In this document: one piece after another, positions 10,470 through 19,941 of the stretch
Layout: every line of letters starts with the position of its first letter
How positions within the stretch are numbered: position 1 is the first letter of the stretch
Sequence record: MN340231.1
Direction: 5' to 3' (one strand)
DNA from: Escherichia phage phiv205-1
Length of the DNA stretch: 44,616 nt
The notes under the pieces: generated by a model
Databases searched by the model: none
The model's input: only the letters and a program-made list of their open reading frames with translations
What the model was told of the DNA's origin: nothing
Program-made: the position numbers and the translations under genes

Positions 10470-10718
10470 ATGGCAAAGGGTGTGTCAATTTCTCCAACTA
10501 CGGTAAGAATCCCTGAATCTTTGCGCGAGGCTCTTGCTGTTAGAGCATCAAAAAATGGTCGCTCTGTTAACTCCGAGATCGTCATGATTTTGCAAGCCGC
10601 GATTGATGAAGATAGGTCGCCAAAGTCAGTTGAGTCATTTGCTCAGCAAGAAGCTGACAAATTCAAAGAGGCGCTGCTGGAGACGCTGAAAACCATGTAT
10701 GGTAAGGATGATAAATAA
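10470..10718 (+). CDS. mnt: Mnt-like ribbon-helix-helix repressor
   Basis: 82 aa, RIPESLREALAVRASKNGRSVNSEIVMIL RHH motif; divergent from arc as in P22 immI. Confidence 0.75.
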   Translation: MAKGVSISPTTVRIPESLREALAVRASKNGRSVNSEIVMILQAAIDEDRSPKSVESFAQQEADKFKEALLETLKTMYGKDDK

Positions 10719-11254
10719 TGCTGCACACAATTCATTTCTTATGCCCCGTTAACACCGCCACTGTTGGGCAACTTCAGAACCACTGTCTCACCGCATTATC
10801 TCAAGGCGCAACTGAATTAAATATCCATATATCAAGTCAGGGAGGGGAAACTGCCGCTGGCTTTACTGCGTATAACTTTCTTAAGTCACTCCCTGTTACC
10901 GTTAGAACTCACAACATAAGCAATGTTGAATCCATAGCTAATATCGTTTTCCTGGCTGGCTCAGAACGTTTCGCAAACCCATTATCAAGATTCCTGTTAC
11001 ATCCTCTATTATGGGGCTTTGCCACCCCAGCCGCCGACCATGCCAGATTGAGAGAGTACGGGAAATGCCTCGATAACGATCTTGATCGCTTCGTTGAGAC
11101 GTTCAATATCGACATCGGAACCCATATTAGGTGGGCATCCCTGATAGCAGACTCGACCATTTTGGATGCTAACAAGGCTCTTGAGCATGGCATAATTAAT
11201 TCCATAAAAACTGCAAGGCTGGTATCCAATCAGGCAAACTGGTGGGTTGTTTGA
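10718..11254 (+). CDS. ClpP-like (S14-family-like) serine peptidase domain protein, unknown role
   Basis: 178 aa; HISSQGGETAAGFTAY resembles ClpP YINSPGGxxTAG; candidate Ser (NVESIAN), His (FLLHPLL) and Asp (IADST); start overlaps mnt stop (TAATG). Confidence 0.6.
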   Translation: MLHTIHFLCPVNTATVGQLQNHCLTALSQGATELNIHISSQGGETAAGFTAYNFLKSLPVTVRTHNISNVESIANIVFLAGSERFANPLSRFLLHPLLWGFATPAADHARLREYGKCLDNDLDRFVETFNIDIGTHIRWASLIADSTILDANKALEHGIINSIKTARLVSNQANWWVV

Positions 11255-11279
11255 TGGGTAAATCATGATTACTCCTTAT

Positions 11280-11308
11280 AAAAAACCCACCTGACGGTGG
11301 GTTTTATT
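11280..11308. terminator. Bidirectional rho-independent terminator between converging genes
   Basis: A6-cccacc-tgac-ggtggg-T4ATT hairpin. Confidence 0.55.
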
Positions 11309-11726
11309 AGTGCTTGTATAGGTTGAACTCTCTATCAAGCCATATAACAAAAAATGTCGATCCAAGACGATAACCAACCATGGCTTTCAAATCATCAAAT
11401 CTAAAAGCCAAGAAATGATCTACGTCTTCCGTTATATGACTGGGGATACCTGCTTTAATTGCACCCCTTGCAATCTTCTCAAATCCAAGCTTATGCCTAC
11501 CTTGCTGCTTAATCTCTGCCCATGTTAGTTGACTTAATCTGTATAATTTATCAGCTAAGCCAGCTTTCTCATCTTTTTGGCATTTCGTTATGCAGTGAGA
11601 GCTTTGGATGTAACAGAATGAAAATTTCGGTTTCTTTTGATCTGAATTCCCCCCTGACTGCGGCCCTAACTTTAACTTACCTGTAGATTCAGCAGGGGGG
11701 ATAATCCTTTTAGATTTTCTTGCCAT
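11307..11726 (-). CDS. Hypothetical 139-aa protein directly downstream of the Panacea-domain gene; no family recognised
   Basis: ATG 4 nt after the Panacea-gene stop; basic N-terminus, C-terminus ...FLAFRFDDLKAMVGYRLGSTFFVIWLDREFNLYKH; no family confidently recognised. Confidence 0.5.
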   Translation of the reverse strand: MARKSKRIIPPAESTGKLKLGPQSGGNSDQKKPKFSFCYIQSSHCITKCQKDEKAGLADKLYRLSQLTWAEIKQQGRHKLGFEKIARGAIKAGIPSHITEDVDHFLAFRFDDLKAMVGYRLGSTFFVIWLDREFNLYKH

Positions 11727-11730
11727 CTCG

Positions 11731-12173
11731 TTAGTTAATCCGAGTTGCAAAGTACTCTGCCATCTCCTTAGAGCTAATTTCAGAACCACCAACACCCTCA
11801 ATATAGTTTGATCTCCATGGTGACTCTTCGTGTGTCATGTTCCTCAGTTTCCAGGCAGAAAATTGCCCAAAAACATCCCAGACTTCTTCTAATAGCTCTA
11901 ACTGTTCTTCGCTGAATTTTCAGCATCAAAAGACTCTGGAGAAGGGATAGCGCCATTACCATATTGTTTATAACGGCGATAAAGCTCAGGGACAACAGGG
12001 CCATGCATCCAAGCTTCCATCTTATTCTGAAAAAGAGGCTCGCCAAGCAACGCCAATGAAAAACCCTGAGCATAGTAAACAAGCTTTTGTAATTTTAAAT
12101 TAGAGATTGTGTCACCGCTATCCTCGTCACACCGCGACAGGAAGTAGTCGGCGACATCAAAACAAGTAAGCAT
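11731..12173 (-). pseudogene. Panacea (DUF4065)-domain protein, antitoxin-like, interrupted by a 1-nt frameshift in a 4-nt homopolymer
   Basis: N-terminal 91 codons (MLTCFDVADYFLSR...ISNLKLQKLVYYAQGF...EAWMHGPVVPELY) end at a stop at 11898; alternative frame continues KFSEEQLELLEEVWDVFGQFSAWKLRNMTHEESPW... to 11731; GGAGG Shine-Dalgarno before ATG 12173. Confidence 0.65.
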
Positions 12174-12547
12174 GAACACACCTCCATCTTGATAGCCACA
12201 GCTAAGTATCCAACTATGTCAAATGTCATTTAATACTATAACAAAGCTATCAGCAATCCTTCGGAGGCTAACTTACAACCACTTTAGCGACATGTTTAAA
12301 CCATTACGTTTCACATTTACTGCATTTTCGCCGAAGTTACCTATAAGGTAATGTCACATTTCCTGCAAGTTTCATGCAATGTTGAAAAGTGAGCTATTCA
12401 CTTTTCTATGACACCAAACACCAAAAATAGCACTTTTTGCTAAATCATTCGTCCAAGTTGTGGATGGTTTGTCGTTGACACGTTTTCACACACCACTCCA
12501 CCAATAAAGTATCATCTGGTATCCTGCTCAAAACTAAGGAGGTTGGT

Positions 12548-12736
12548 GTGAAGAAAAAATTTGTAAACGTTGCAAAGTGCGCAATTTTTATATTTTTTAT
12601 GACCTTTTACGGATTTAGTGCCGGAGAAGGTTTCGATCGTGATGCCAATGCATTCAGTTTCTTTTGTCTGTCTATAGTGGTCATAATTGTATGGGTGGAA
12701 TTAAAGCAAACATTGTTTCATGTGCTAGGGAAATAA
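12548..12736 (+). CDS. Small hydrophobic protein (62 aa), probable membrane protein
   Basis: GTG start 5 nt after AAGGAGG; hydrophobic segments; convergent with ejection gene. Confidence 0.45.
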   Translation: MKKKFVNVAKCAIFIFFMTFYGFSAGEGFDRDANAFSFFCLSIVVIIVWVELKQTLFHVLGK

Positions 12737-12753
12737 CCATCCATGGCATTTAG

Positions 12754-14619
12754 TCACTGCTGTGTTGCCTCAGTGGCAAGCAGCGGTCTGATGGCATTTG
12801 CAGCGTTACTTAATGCTCTTTCATAGGCTGGCGTTCCTGCTTTGGTGTTTGCCAGACGTAAGAGCGCATTCCTGGCCATAGGGCTTTCATAAACCATCGA
12901 CATAAGGCCAATCCCTGTTTCCCCAGCCAATAGCGCGCCTCCGGTTTTTAGGTTACCAATAACCCTTACCAAAGGCGCGAGTGTCATGCCAGTCTTCGTC
13001 ACAACATTAGCCTCAGATGCTCTTTTGGTAGCATCGAGAATAGATAACATCCCCTCTATCTCTTTTCCGTTCTTCCCACCAAATACAGTTTTAAACACCT
13101 GACCATTTGCTTGTTTTTGCAGCTTGCCAAGCTCGGTCATCATTTTCTGAGGGCTGTCACCTACCTTGTCAGCTATTTTGCTGATATATGCCGCCCTTAG
13201 CATGTCTTTACCTTTTTGATCGAGTTTCCCGTACAATCGAGCTATATCTGACCCATATTGTCCATACACAATGGTATTTACAGCCTCGGGAGTTAAATCT
13301 CCTTTGTTTAGAACGTTTTTAAGGCGCGTTTGAGTTGCATGTGTTGCCATTTTTGCATAATCAGCTTTTCCCGCTCTCCATGCTGAAGCATCTTTTGGGC
13401 TAAGTCCTTTCGCTATAGATTTACTAAGGCTATTGGTTAGCGAGTTATAGACCCTGTCGACCATTGTTTGCGACATTGATGGCAGAACTGTACGATCGCC
13501 TTTTACGTCAATGCGGAACTGAGTTCTCAGCTTATCAAGTAACTCAAAGGCATCATCTCCATTTGTTATCTCCTGAATGGCATTCTTATAATCATTAAGC
13601 GCAGAAATGGTCTGGGTGTCAGAAACACCTTTAAGTTTCCCAAGTTCGTTTACTGCTCCGTCGATAGCTCTTATGGCGCCACTTGTATCAACTGGCTTTC
13701 CAACCATTCTTCCTGACAGGCTGTTTAGTTTTGACTTGGCTAACGATTTTTCCCTTGCAACGCCTGACTTTAGACTATCAACGACTACAGATGGATCGTA
13801 GTCGCCGTATTTTTCGGTGAAGCGATTAACAAGCTTGGTTCTGGCATCCTGCTGTGCGGCTCTCATTGGTCCAGTACCAGCTATGACTCCTTCTGAGTAA
13901 CCCTGCAGTTGATTGCCAAGTTTTGTTTTTGGAGGAACTACATCCGATGTCATAACTGGTACATCTGCCGCAGCGGCACGCTTGAGCAATTGCTGATCTG
14001 CTGGTGATATTTCGCCACGAACAGCAGTAATTCCACGCCCTATTCCCTTTGCTGCTGCGGAAAGAACCCCCTGAGCGGCAAGGTTAACTCCTGCATTTTT
14101 AGCTGCATTTTGTGCGAAATCGCCTTTCTGATTTGCGGCCTCTGCCAGTGATCCAATAGCCATGCTTCCTGCCGTTCCAACTCCTGGAACTAAATACCCG
14201 CCAATTGTTTCTCCAGCTTGCGCATAAGGGTCTGTTGGTCGATCTACTGGACGATAGACATCGTCCAAAACCTTGGGGCCACCAAGCCCCTGGCTGATTG
14301 CATTAATCAGACTTGCGCCACCCTGCAATACGTCAAATGGTATGTTTACCAGACCACGACCAGCCTGCTCTGCAATTTGCCCTGCACTTTGACCACCAGT
14401 GAGCCAATCGCCAGCTTGTTGCATCAATGATGGTTCTTCTTTCTGCTGCTGAGGCGGAGGGTATGCTGCATAAAACTGATCTCTTGCTTCAGCCCATTTG
14501 TCACCAGCCTTAGGGGCAACAACCTCATCAAAATATTGCGCTTGAGCCTGTGCTTTCTGTTCTTCAGTTAACGCCTGATACTGTGGAGAGGCGATAACAT
14601 CTTTCCATGCTTTAGCCAT
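12754..14619 (-). CDS. Ejection (injection) protein, P22 gp16-like
   Basis: 621 aa; recalled P22 gp16 similarity and gene order 7-20-16. Confidence 0.85.
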   Translation of the reverse strand: MAKAWKDVIASPQYQALTEEQKAQAQAQYFDEVVAPKAGDKWAEARDQFYAAYPPPQQQKEEPSLMQQAGDWLTGGQSAGQIAEQAGRGLVNIPFDVLQGGASLINAISQGLGGPKVLDDVYRPVDRPTDPYAQAGETIGGYLVPGVGTAGSMAIGSLAEAANQKGDFAQNAAKNAGVNLAAQGVLSAAAKGIGRGITAVRGEISPADQQLLKRAAAADVPVMTSDVVPPKTKLGNQLQGYSEGVIAGTGPMRAAQQDARTKLVNRFTEKYGDYDPSVVVDSLKSGVAREKSLAKSKLNSLSGRMVGKPVDTSGAIRAIDGAVNELGKLKGVSDTQTISALNDYKNAIQEITNGDDAFELLDKLRTQFRIDVKGDRTVLPSMSQTMVDRVYNSLTNSLSKSIAKGLSPKDASAWRAGKADYAKMATHATQTRLKNVLNKGDLTPEAVNTIVYGQYGSDIARLYGKLDQKGKDMLRAAYISKIADKVGDSPQKMMTELGKLQKQANGQVFKTVFGGKNGKEIEGMLSILDATKRASEANVVTKTGMTLAPLVRVIGNLKTGGALLAGETGIGLMSMVYESPMARNALLRLANTKAGTPAYERALSNAANAIRPLLATEATQQ

Positions 14620-15983
14620 TAATCACCCCATAGTGAAGAAAAGTTACTGCTGGCTGCTGGCTGTGATACCTGTGTAGGTTGAGATTGCTGCCGCTGAGAT
14701 TTACCAACATTAACGTTATATTGCTGGTTGTAATTGTCGGTATATTGCTGAATGTCGCGCATTGATTGTTGCAGTGCTTCAGGGCTTGAGAAATCAACCT
14801 GTGGCATACCTTGAAAATACATCTTTGCTTCTGCAACGGTGTTGATACCGGATGCCCCCATGTCTCTGGCTGCTGCAATGCCCTGATTCTGCATCTTTCC
14901 TTGGATTCGCTGTGCAGCGTTGTATAGTTTCCTCTGATCACCACCAGATGCACGGCTACGAATATCTGCACCAAGAGCAGGAGAACCTGAAGAGCCTGTA
15001 ATGCCAGTCATGAAGCCAAGATCGTCAATTGATGCACCAGAAATTGCATCAAGATCTTTCTTCATTGCGTAATTCTGCGCGCTTGCTGCCGATGTAGCCG
15101 GAGCGGCAATAGAGCCAGCAGGGACGCGAACCATATTCCCCTCGTTGTCGATACCTTCGTAGAACGCATTAGCCCCAGCGCCGTGAAGCTTCCCGCCTAC
15201 CGTTACAGTTCTGCCATCTGCTAACTGAACTGTACGCTCATTATTCCCAACCCCCCCTTTCATTGATGCTCTCTGCATCGATAAATCCTGACCGCGCATC
15301 GTGATATTCTGACCACGCGCTGTTAGCGCCTCGCCAGCCTGATTGCTGCGGATTGTCTCTGCCAGTCTGCCTCGGTCAATTTCACGACCAGCCATCTTGT
15401 CCTGAACAGCAAACGCCTTTTCTGGCCCAAGTGCACCGAGAGACATAGTAGTCAGCATGTGTGATAGCTGCTCTGGATTCTGGATACCTGTCTGAATCAT
15501 CCAGTCAGCATTAGCACCAACGCGATTTAACCTGTCCTTGTTGTCAGTAATGAATTTACTGTAGGCTTCCGGTCCCTGAGAAAGAGCTACGTTAGCCCTC
15601 ATGGCTAAATCGCCCATATCGTTGCGTTGCTGATCATTAAGACCGGAAAACGCCTGTTGTGCCTGTGCAACAAACGCTGGATTTTCCTGGGCAAACTTAA
15701 ATAGTCCCGATGGATCACCAGAAGCCCATGCATCAGCATGAACCTTATTGAACGCACTAATCGCTTTCTGTTGCTGTTCCTGATTGTAAATATCAGCAAC
15801 TCCAGCCAGACCACGTAACGCGGTCAGACCAACGTTATTTGCACCTGATCGAGCCAGTTCATTGTTTTCGCGAATCAGACCAAGCGTTGCGTTAATGTCG
15901 CTTGCCTTTGGTGCATTCTCATTTTGCGTACCAATGCCAGCCAGAAAACCACCAGAATTAATACCCTGTTGCCACGTAGCCAT
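14619..15983 (-). CDS. Ejection protein, P22 gp20-like
   Basis: 454 aa; synteny and recalled similarity. Confidence 0.85.
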   Translation of the reverse strand: MATWQQGINSGGFLAGIGTQNENAPKASDINATLGLIRENNELARSGANNVGLTALRGLAGVADIYNQEQQQKAISAFNKVHADAWASGDPSGLFKFAQENPAFVAQAQQAFSGLNDQQRNDMGDLAMRANVALSQGPEAYSKFITDNKDRLNRVGANADWMIQTGIQNPEQLSHMLTTMSLGALGPEKAFAVQDKMAGREIDRGRLAETIRSNQAGEALTARGQNITMRGQDLSMQRASMKGGVGNNERTVQLADGRTVTVGGKLHGAGANAFYEGIDNEGNMVRVPAGSIAAPATSAASAQNYAMKKDLDAISGASIDDLGFMTGITGSSGSPALGADIRSRASGGDQRKLYNAAQRIQGKMQNQGIAAARDMGASGINTVAEAKMYFQGMPQVDFSSPEALQQSMRDIQQYTDNYNQQYNVNVGKSQRQQSQPTQVSQPAASSNFSSLWGD

Positions 15984-15993
15984 TGATTAACCC

Positions 15994-16683
15994 TTAAAAC
16001 AGTGAACCAAGCAGACCAAGACCAGCACCAATACCAGCCCCCCACGGAGTTGATAGCTCGAGAGCACTGGCTATGCCACCACCCAAAAGCGCACCGGATG
16101 CAGCACCACTAACACCCTGCTGCAATGCTGACGGTCGGTTGGCGTTTGCCGCCGCCAGTGCTGCGCTTTGCTGCGAAATCTGACTCATGTTGTTGGCATA
16201 TGTTTGCCCGGCGTTTGCCTGTCCCTGAAGAGCGCCAAGACCGATATTTGCCAGGTTGTTGTAATTGTTCATTTGTCCAGATAGCCATTGCTGACCAAGC
16301 GTTGGTGCGATTGTTGCTAACTGATTACTGGTTGAGGTGGAACCCAATCCACCTGTTGCTTCCGCTGCCGCCAGACTCTGATAGCGAGCCTGACCTGCAA
16401 GGTCTTTATACTGCTGAGAGTTGTAATACTGGTTAAGTGCCTGACCTTGCCCCTCCAGAGACGATAAGTTCTCGAGGCTGCCGACATACTTCTCAGCCAG
16501 AGGAGTAAACGGCTTCAGGTTATTCATGATGGTGTTGAACTGCTGATTTTGCAGGTCTGCGGCATACTTCTGAGCTTCTGCGGCATACTTTGCACTTTTA
16601 TCGGAGCCACCTTTCCCGCCTTTTTCAGGGCAATAAGGTTCCTCGCCGCGCAGTTTTCTGCCCAGCTTAAATGCATATAACAT
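15994..16683 (-). CDS. Ejection protein, P22 gp7-like
   Basis: 229 aa, glutamine/alanine/glycine-rich; synteny. Confidence 0.85.
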   Translation of the reverse strand: MLYAFKLGRKLRGEEPYCPEKGGKGGSDKSAKYAAEAQKYAADLQNQQFNTIMNNLKPFTPLAEKYVGSLENLSSLEGQGQALNQYYNSQQYKDLAGQARYQSLAAAEATGGLGSTSTSNQLATIAPTLGQQWLSGQMNNYNNLANIGLGALQGQANAGQTYANNMSQISQQSAALAAANANRPSALQQGVSGAASGALLGGGIASALELSTPWGAGIGAGLGLLGSLF

Positions 16684-16685
16684 GG

Positions 16686-17141
16686 CTATCTCCCGTGATT
16701 CAGGAAGTCGATTAGTTCTTCGCGTGTGGCGCTGTAAAACGTCACGTCATCCACGCCTTTGAAGTATTTCTTGATGGTTCCTACACGCTTAAGGCCAACC
16801 ATTGCGCAGTACATCTGACCGTGGCGGAATTTGCGTGCAGCGAACGATGTGACGCACTGAACGGTGGTGTTAGTCAGAATGTATCGCCAGAACGCCAGCC
16901 CGATTTCCTTGCTGAATCCACGAACCTCTGGCAGGTACATGGCGTGGCAATCGAATGTCAGCGGCTGAATCTCCTGATAGTAAACAATGCCGCCAAACTG
17001 ACCGTGCACGTTCACCTCAAAGTAACGGCAATCAGGTTTGTAGTCGTATCCATCACCGTTGTTGCTCCCGGCGATGATGTCAGGGTGATTTCCTACTGCT
17101 TCGATCAGGTCGATGTTTCGCGTTGGTTTGAATGTAATCAT
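16686..17141 (-). CDS. Head-completion/ejection-associated protein, P22 gp14-like
   Basis: 151 aa; position between gp26 and gp7. Confidence 0.7.
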   Translation of the reverse strand: MITFKPTRNIDLIEAVGNHPDIIAGSNNGDGYDYKPDCRYFEVNVHGQFGGIVYYQEIQPLTFDCHAMYLPEVRGFSKEIGLAFWRYILTNTTVQCVTSFAARKFRHGQMYCAMVGLKRVGTIKKYFKGVDDVTFYSATREELIDFLNHGR

Positions 17142-17842
17142 CAGTCAATCAGCCCATGTAATCTAAGTGCTGTTTCAAGCGCCAGAATACGCTGCCGCGC
17201 CTGCTCCAAACCTGTAGCGATAGCTGCGACTTCGGATTGTGTGTACGTAGTGCCGACCGTGTATGACTGGTTAGCGTTGAATGAGCCAAGAAGTGGTGTG
17301 CCTGTGGCCGCTGTCCATCCGGTCTGCCTTGCTCCAACGACCTGAATTCCATCAACTGAATATGATGTTTTTACATCCAGCGGTGACGCAAGAGACTGCG
17401 ATTCTGTTACGGTTTTCGATACGTAATCACTCTTAATGTCAGATATATCGCTTTCTACGCCATCCAGTCTTTGGTCAACAGTGACCAGATGCGCCTGAAT
17501 ATCGATAACCTCATCCAGCAAGTAATCAACATCGCTACGCAGTACAACTATCTTCCCTTCGGCGGTTGTTAACCTGACCTCAAGGAGATTTATCGCTTTT
17601 GTGTTTGCGGTGATTCTTGCATCGTGGTCAGCCAGTTCGACATCCTGTTCATCGTTTTTCACCTGAGCATCGTAAGCGCCCTGACCAGCCTGATTTGCTT
17701 TCCCGGCAATTGCGCCGACATCAGCCCCCTGATTAATGACATACAGCAGGTAAGACTGGCTGAATATATTGCGTGGAAGGATTGATGTATCGAGCCGCGT
17801 CGCCTGCACAATAACAGGGGTGTTGAGATTCGAATCAGCCAT
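17141..17842 (-). CDS. Tail needle protein, P22 gp26-like
   Basis: 233 aa; N-terminus [25 protein letters not shown]... and C-terminus ...LRLHGLID match P22 gp26. Confidence 0.9.
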   Translation of the reverse strand: MADSNLNTPVIVQATRLDTSILPRNIFSQSYLLYVINQGADVGAIAGKANQAGQGAYDAQVKNDEQDVELADHDARITANTKAINLLEVRLTTAEGKIVVLRSDVDYLLDEVIDIQAHLVTVDQRLDGVESDISDIKSDYVSKTVTESQSLASPLDVKTSYSVDGIQVVGARQTGWTAATGTPLLGSFNANQSYTVGTTYTQSEVAAIATGLEQARQRILALETALRLHGLID

Positions 17843-19260
17843 TACTCAATCCTTATCTGGCAACCAGACAGAGTGACAGGTGACTTCGTGATAACGCGCA
17901 ATTTGAAGCCGACATTTTTCCTGATGCGCCCGACTCGCTTCCACAAAACGCGTTTGTCGTAAACAAACGGTTCATTCTGCTCAATCATCTGCTCACGACC
18001 GTAATTGATGCCGTCAGTGGTTGCAGAGAGAAAAAGGCGGTCGGCGTACTGCGCAACGCCAGTTGAAGATTCAACTTCAAGGTCGAAAACTCTGGCGTTA
18101 TCCGCTTTGAACAGAGGAGTAAACAGCAGATGCTCCTGTTGCTTGTCGTACTGGCTGCTGATGTCGAATTGCAATTTCCCGGTCACGGACTCCAGCTTAT
18201 CGCCGCACGTTATCTGATTGCCTTCGTAAATGAAGTCGATAGCGCGGTACACATCGTCATACAGACCTGTTTTCAGTACACACCATTGCGGAGCATTGGC
18301 GCTTGAAGATGCGTCGTATACGAGGACATGGCGCGGAAGATGGATAATCAGCAGCTCATGCGCATCAAATCGCAGAGACTCCATCACACCATCAGCCAGT
18401 TCATCAGCAGTGTAGGAGCGAAGAATTTTCTCAATGCTCGCGCTGGCGATTGGTGACACCTGCCCGGAACCGATGATGTATACAGACGGCGCACCTGTTG
18501 CCGGATTGCTGATGAACGCATAGGAATCAGCGAATGGCGTTTTGCAATAGGTTCCGGCGATGCCTTTTTGCACCATCAGTGATGGCTGTGCGACATACAA
18601 AGCAGCACCAACGGTGGTTGCGCCAGTCAGGGAGAAATATTCAATAGTCGATGAACCAAAGCAGACGATGAAGTCTCGCCATGTCCCGATACCGATGATG
18701 CCGTCCGGCTGCGATTCTGCGCGATATTGTGCACTGTATCGGTCAGGGTGCGATTCGTCTCCAAGGTCAGTGATAAACCATGAATCAGTTCCGTCTTTTG
18801 ACCACGCATAACGCCCACGTAAGCGAGTAATGTCGCGAACTGAACCTAACTCATACTGCGTGAATCCACTGTCTGTAGGCCAGTTTGAGACGGTTTTAAC
18901 CGTGCCATCATAACGATACTCAACCAGTTGACCATTAACGCCTACAGCCTGAGATGTTCGACCATGCGCCATTGATACACGACCACTTCCGGCAACATCA
19001 CCGACTTCACTTTCTCCTTTGTACAGCTTGCCGCCACACACGCGATAAACAGCATTCTGCGCCATGTTGTACTCAACTCCGCGCGATACACCGTTTACAT
19101 CAGAGCGTTTGGCAATGCCCGGGAATGAGCGAAGATATCCGCTGCTGTTAAGGATTTCTTTGGGTGTAGCCAACATATTCACTGGCAGATAGTCGATATA
19201 GTCGGCGTTTCTAAAGTCTTTGCCGACACCTTTCATAAGCGGAAGTTGCTGAATCGGCAT
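17842..19260 (-). CDS. Tail hub protein, P22 gp10-like
   Basis: 472 aa; synteny and recalled similarity. Confidence 0.85.
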   Translation of the reverse strand: MPIQQLPLMKGVGKDFRNADYIDYLPVNMLATPKEILNSSGYLRSFPGIAKRSDVNGVSRGVEYNMAQNAVYRVCGGKLYKGESEVGDVAGSGRVSMAHGRTSQAVGVNGQLVEYRYDGTVKTVSNWPTDSGFTQYELGSVRDITRLRGRYAWSKDGTDSWFITDLGDESHPDRYSAQYRAESQPDGIIGIGTWRDFIVCFGSSTIEYFSLTGATTVGAALYVAQPSLMVQKGIAGTYCKTPFADSYAFISNPATGAPSVYIIGSGQVSPIASASIEKILRSYTADELADGVMESLRFDAHELLIIHLPRHVLVYDASSSANAPQWCVLKTGLYDDVYRAIDFIYEGNQITCGDKLESVTGKLQFDISSQYDKQQEHLLFTPLFKADNARVFDLEVESSTGVAQYADRLFLSATTDGINYGREQMIEQNEPFVYDKRVLWKRVGRIRKNVGFKLRVITKSPVTLSGCQIRIE

Positions 19261-19269
19261 TTATTCACC

Positions 19270-19731
19270 TCACGTACTCGGATCATCTTTCTCGATGTAA
19301 AACCGATTCCACGTAAACGCGCTTTTGTTACCATTACCGCGAGGCATGTCATTTCGCCGCTCAAGTGGTGGTATTTTGGTTAAAGCGATACAGATTGTTT
19401 GATATGCACTGTCAGCAGCGGTAAGGAGAGCGTCTGACGGCTGAATGACGTTATCCATGCACACTTGCACAGCGAGTTTCAAAGCGACGCCATCATTTGC
19501 CCATGCAGGGATGCCTGAATCATCGTCAGGTAACGGCATGATGCCGTTTTCTGTATCAGCAAACTGATACCCAAGCTCGATACCTTTCGCCTGCCATGCT
19601 GCCATCATGTCTTCGAGGTCATTAATGGCATCTTCAATTGCCTGAGGGTCAGCATCTGTCAACGTGGCATTGGAATACAGCCCAGCTTTTCGTAAAGCCT
19701 TTAGAACGAGATCACCCTTCGTTTTCGCCAT
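19270..19731 (-). CDS. Tail accessory factor, P22 gp4-like
   Basis: 153 aa; N-terminus TKGDLV.KALRK.G...ATLTD similar to gp4. Confidence 0.75.
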   Translation of the reverse strand: MAKTKGDLVLKALRKAGLYSNATLTDADPQAIEDAINDLEDMMAAWQAKGIELGYQFADTENGIMPLPDDDSGIPAWANDGVALKLAVQVCMDNVIQPSDALLTAADSAYQTICIALTKIPPLERRNDMPRGNGNKSAFTWNRFYIEKDDPST

Positions 19732-19900
19732 CTTCTTCCGCCTTAGCCACTTTTTGCTTCGTTGCGGTTTCTTCAGGAGTTTTTACCCAACCTTTTTTCA
19801 GGTGAGATTTAACTTCTTCGTCATCAACAATGATGTAATCGACAGCAAACTGACCGCAGGTGATCATGTTGCCTGGCTTATAGAGCATTGTTCGTGCCAT
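19712..19900 (-). CDS. Small hypothetical protein between coat and gp4
   Basis: 62 codons from ATG 19900 with GGAG Shine-Dalgarno. Confidence 0.4.
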   Translation of the reverse strand: MARTMLYKPGNMITCGQFAVDYIIVDDEEVKSHLKKGWVKTPEETATKQKVAKAEEDGENEG

Positions 19901-19941
19901 TGTCTTCTCCCAATAAAAATGGGGCCGAAGCCCCACCAAAA

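Noticed and set aside
11798..12082. 94-codon minus-strand ORF overlapping the Panacea-domain gene
   Set aside because: It is the third frame across the Panacea gene; the other two frames carry the recognisable domain halves.
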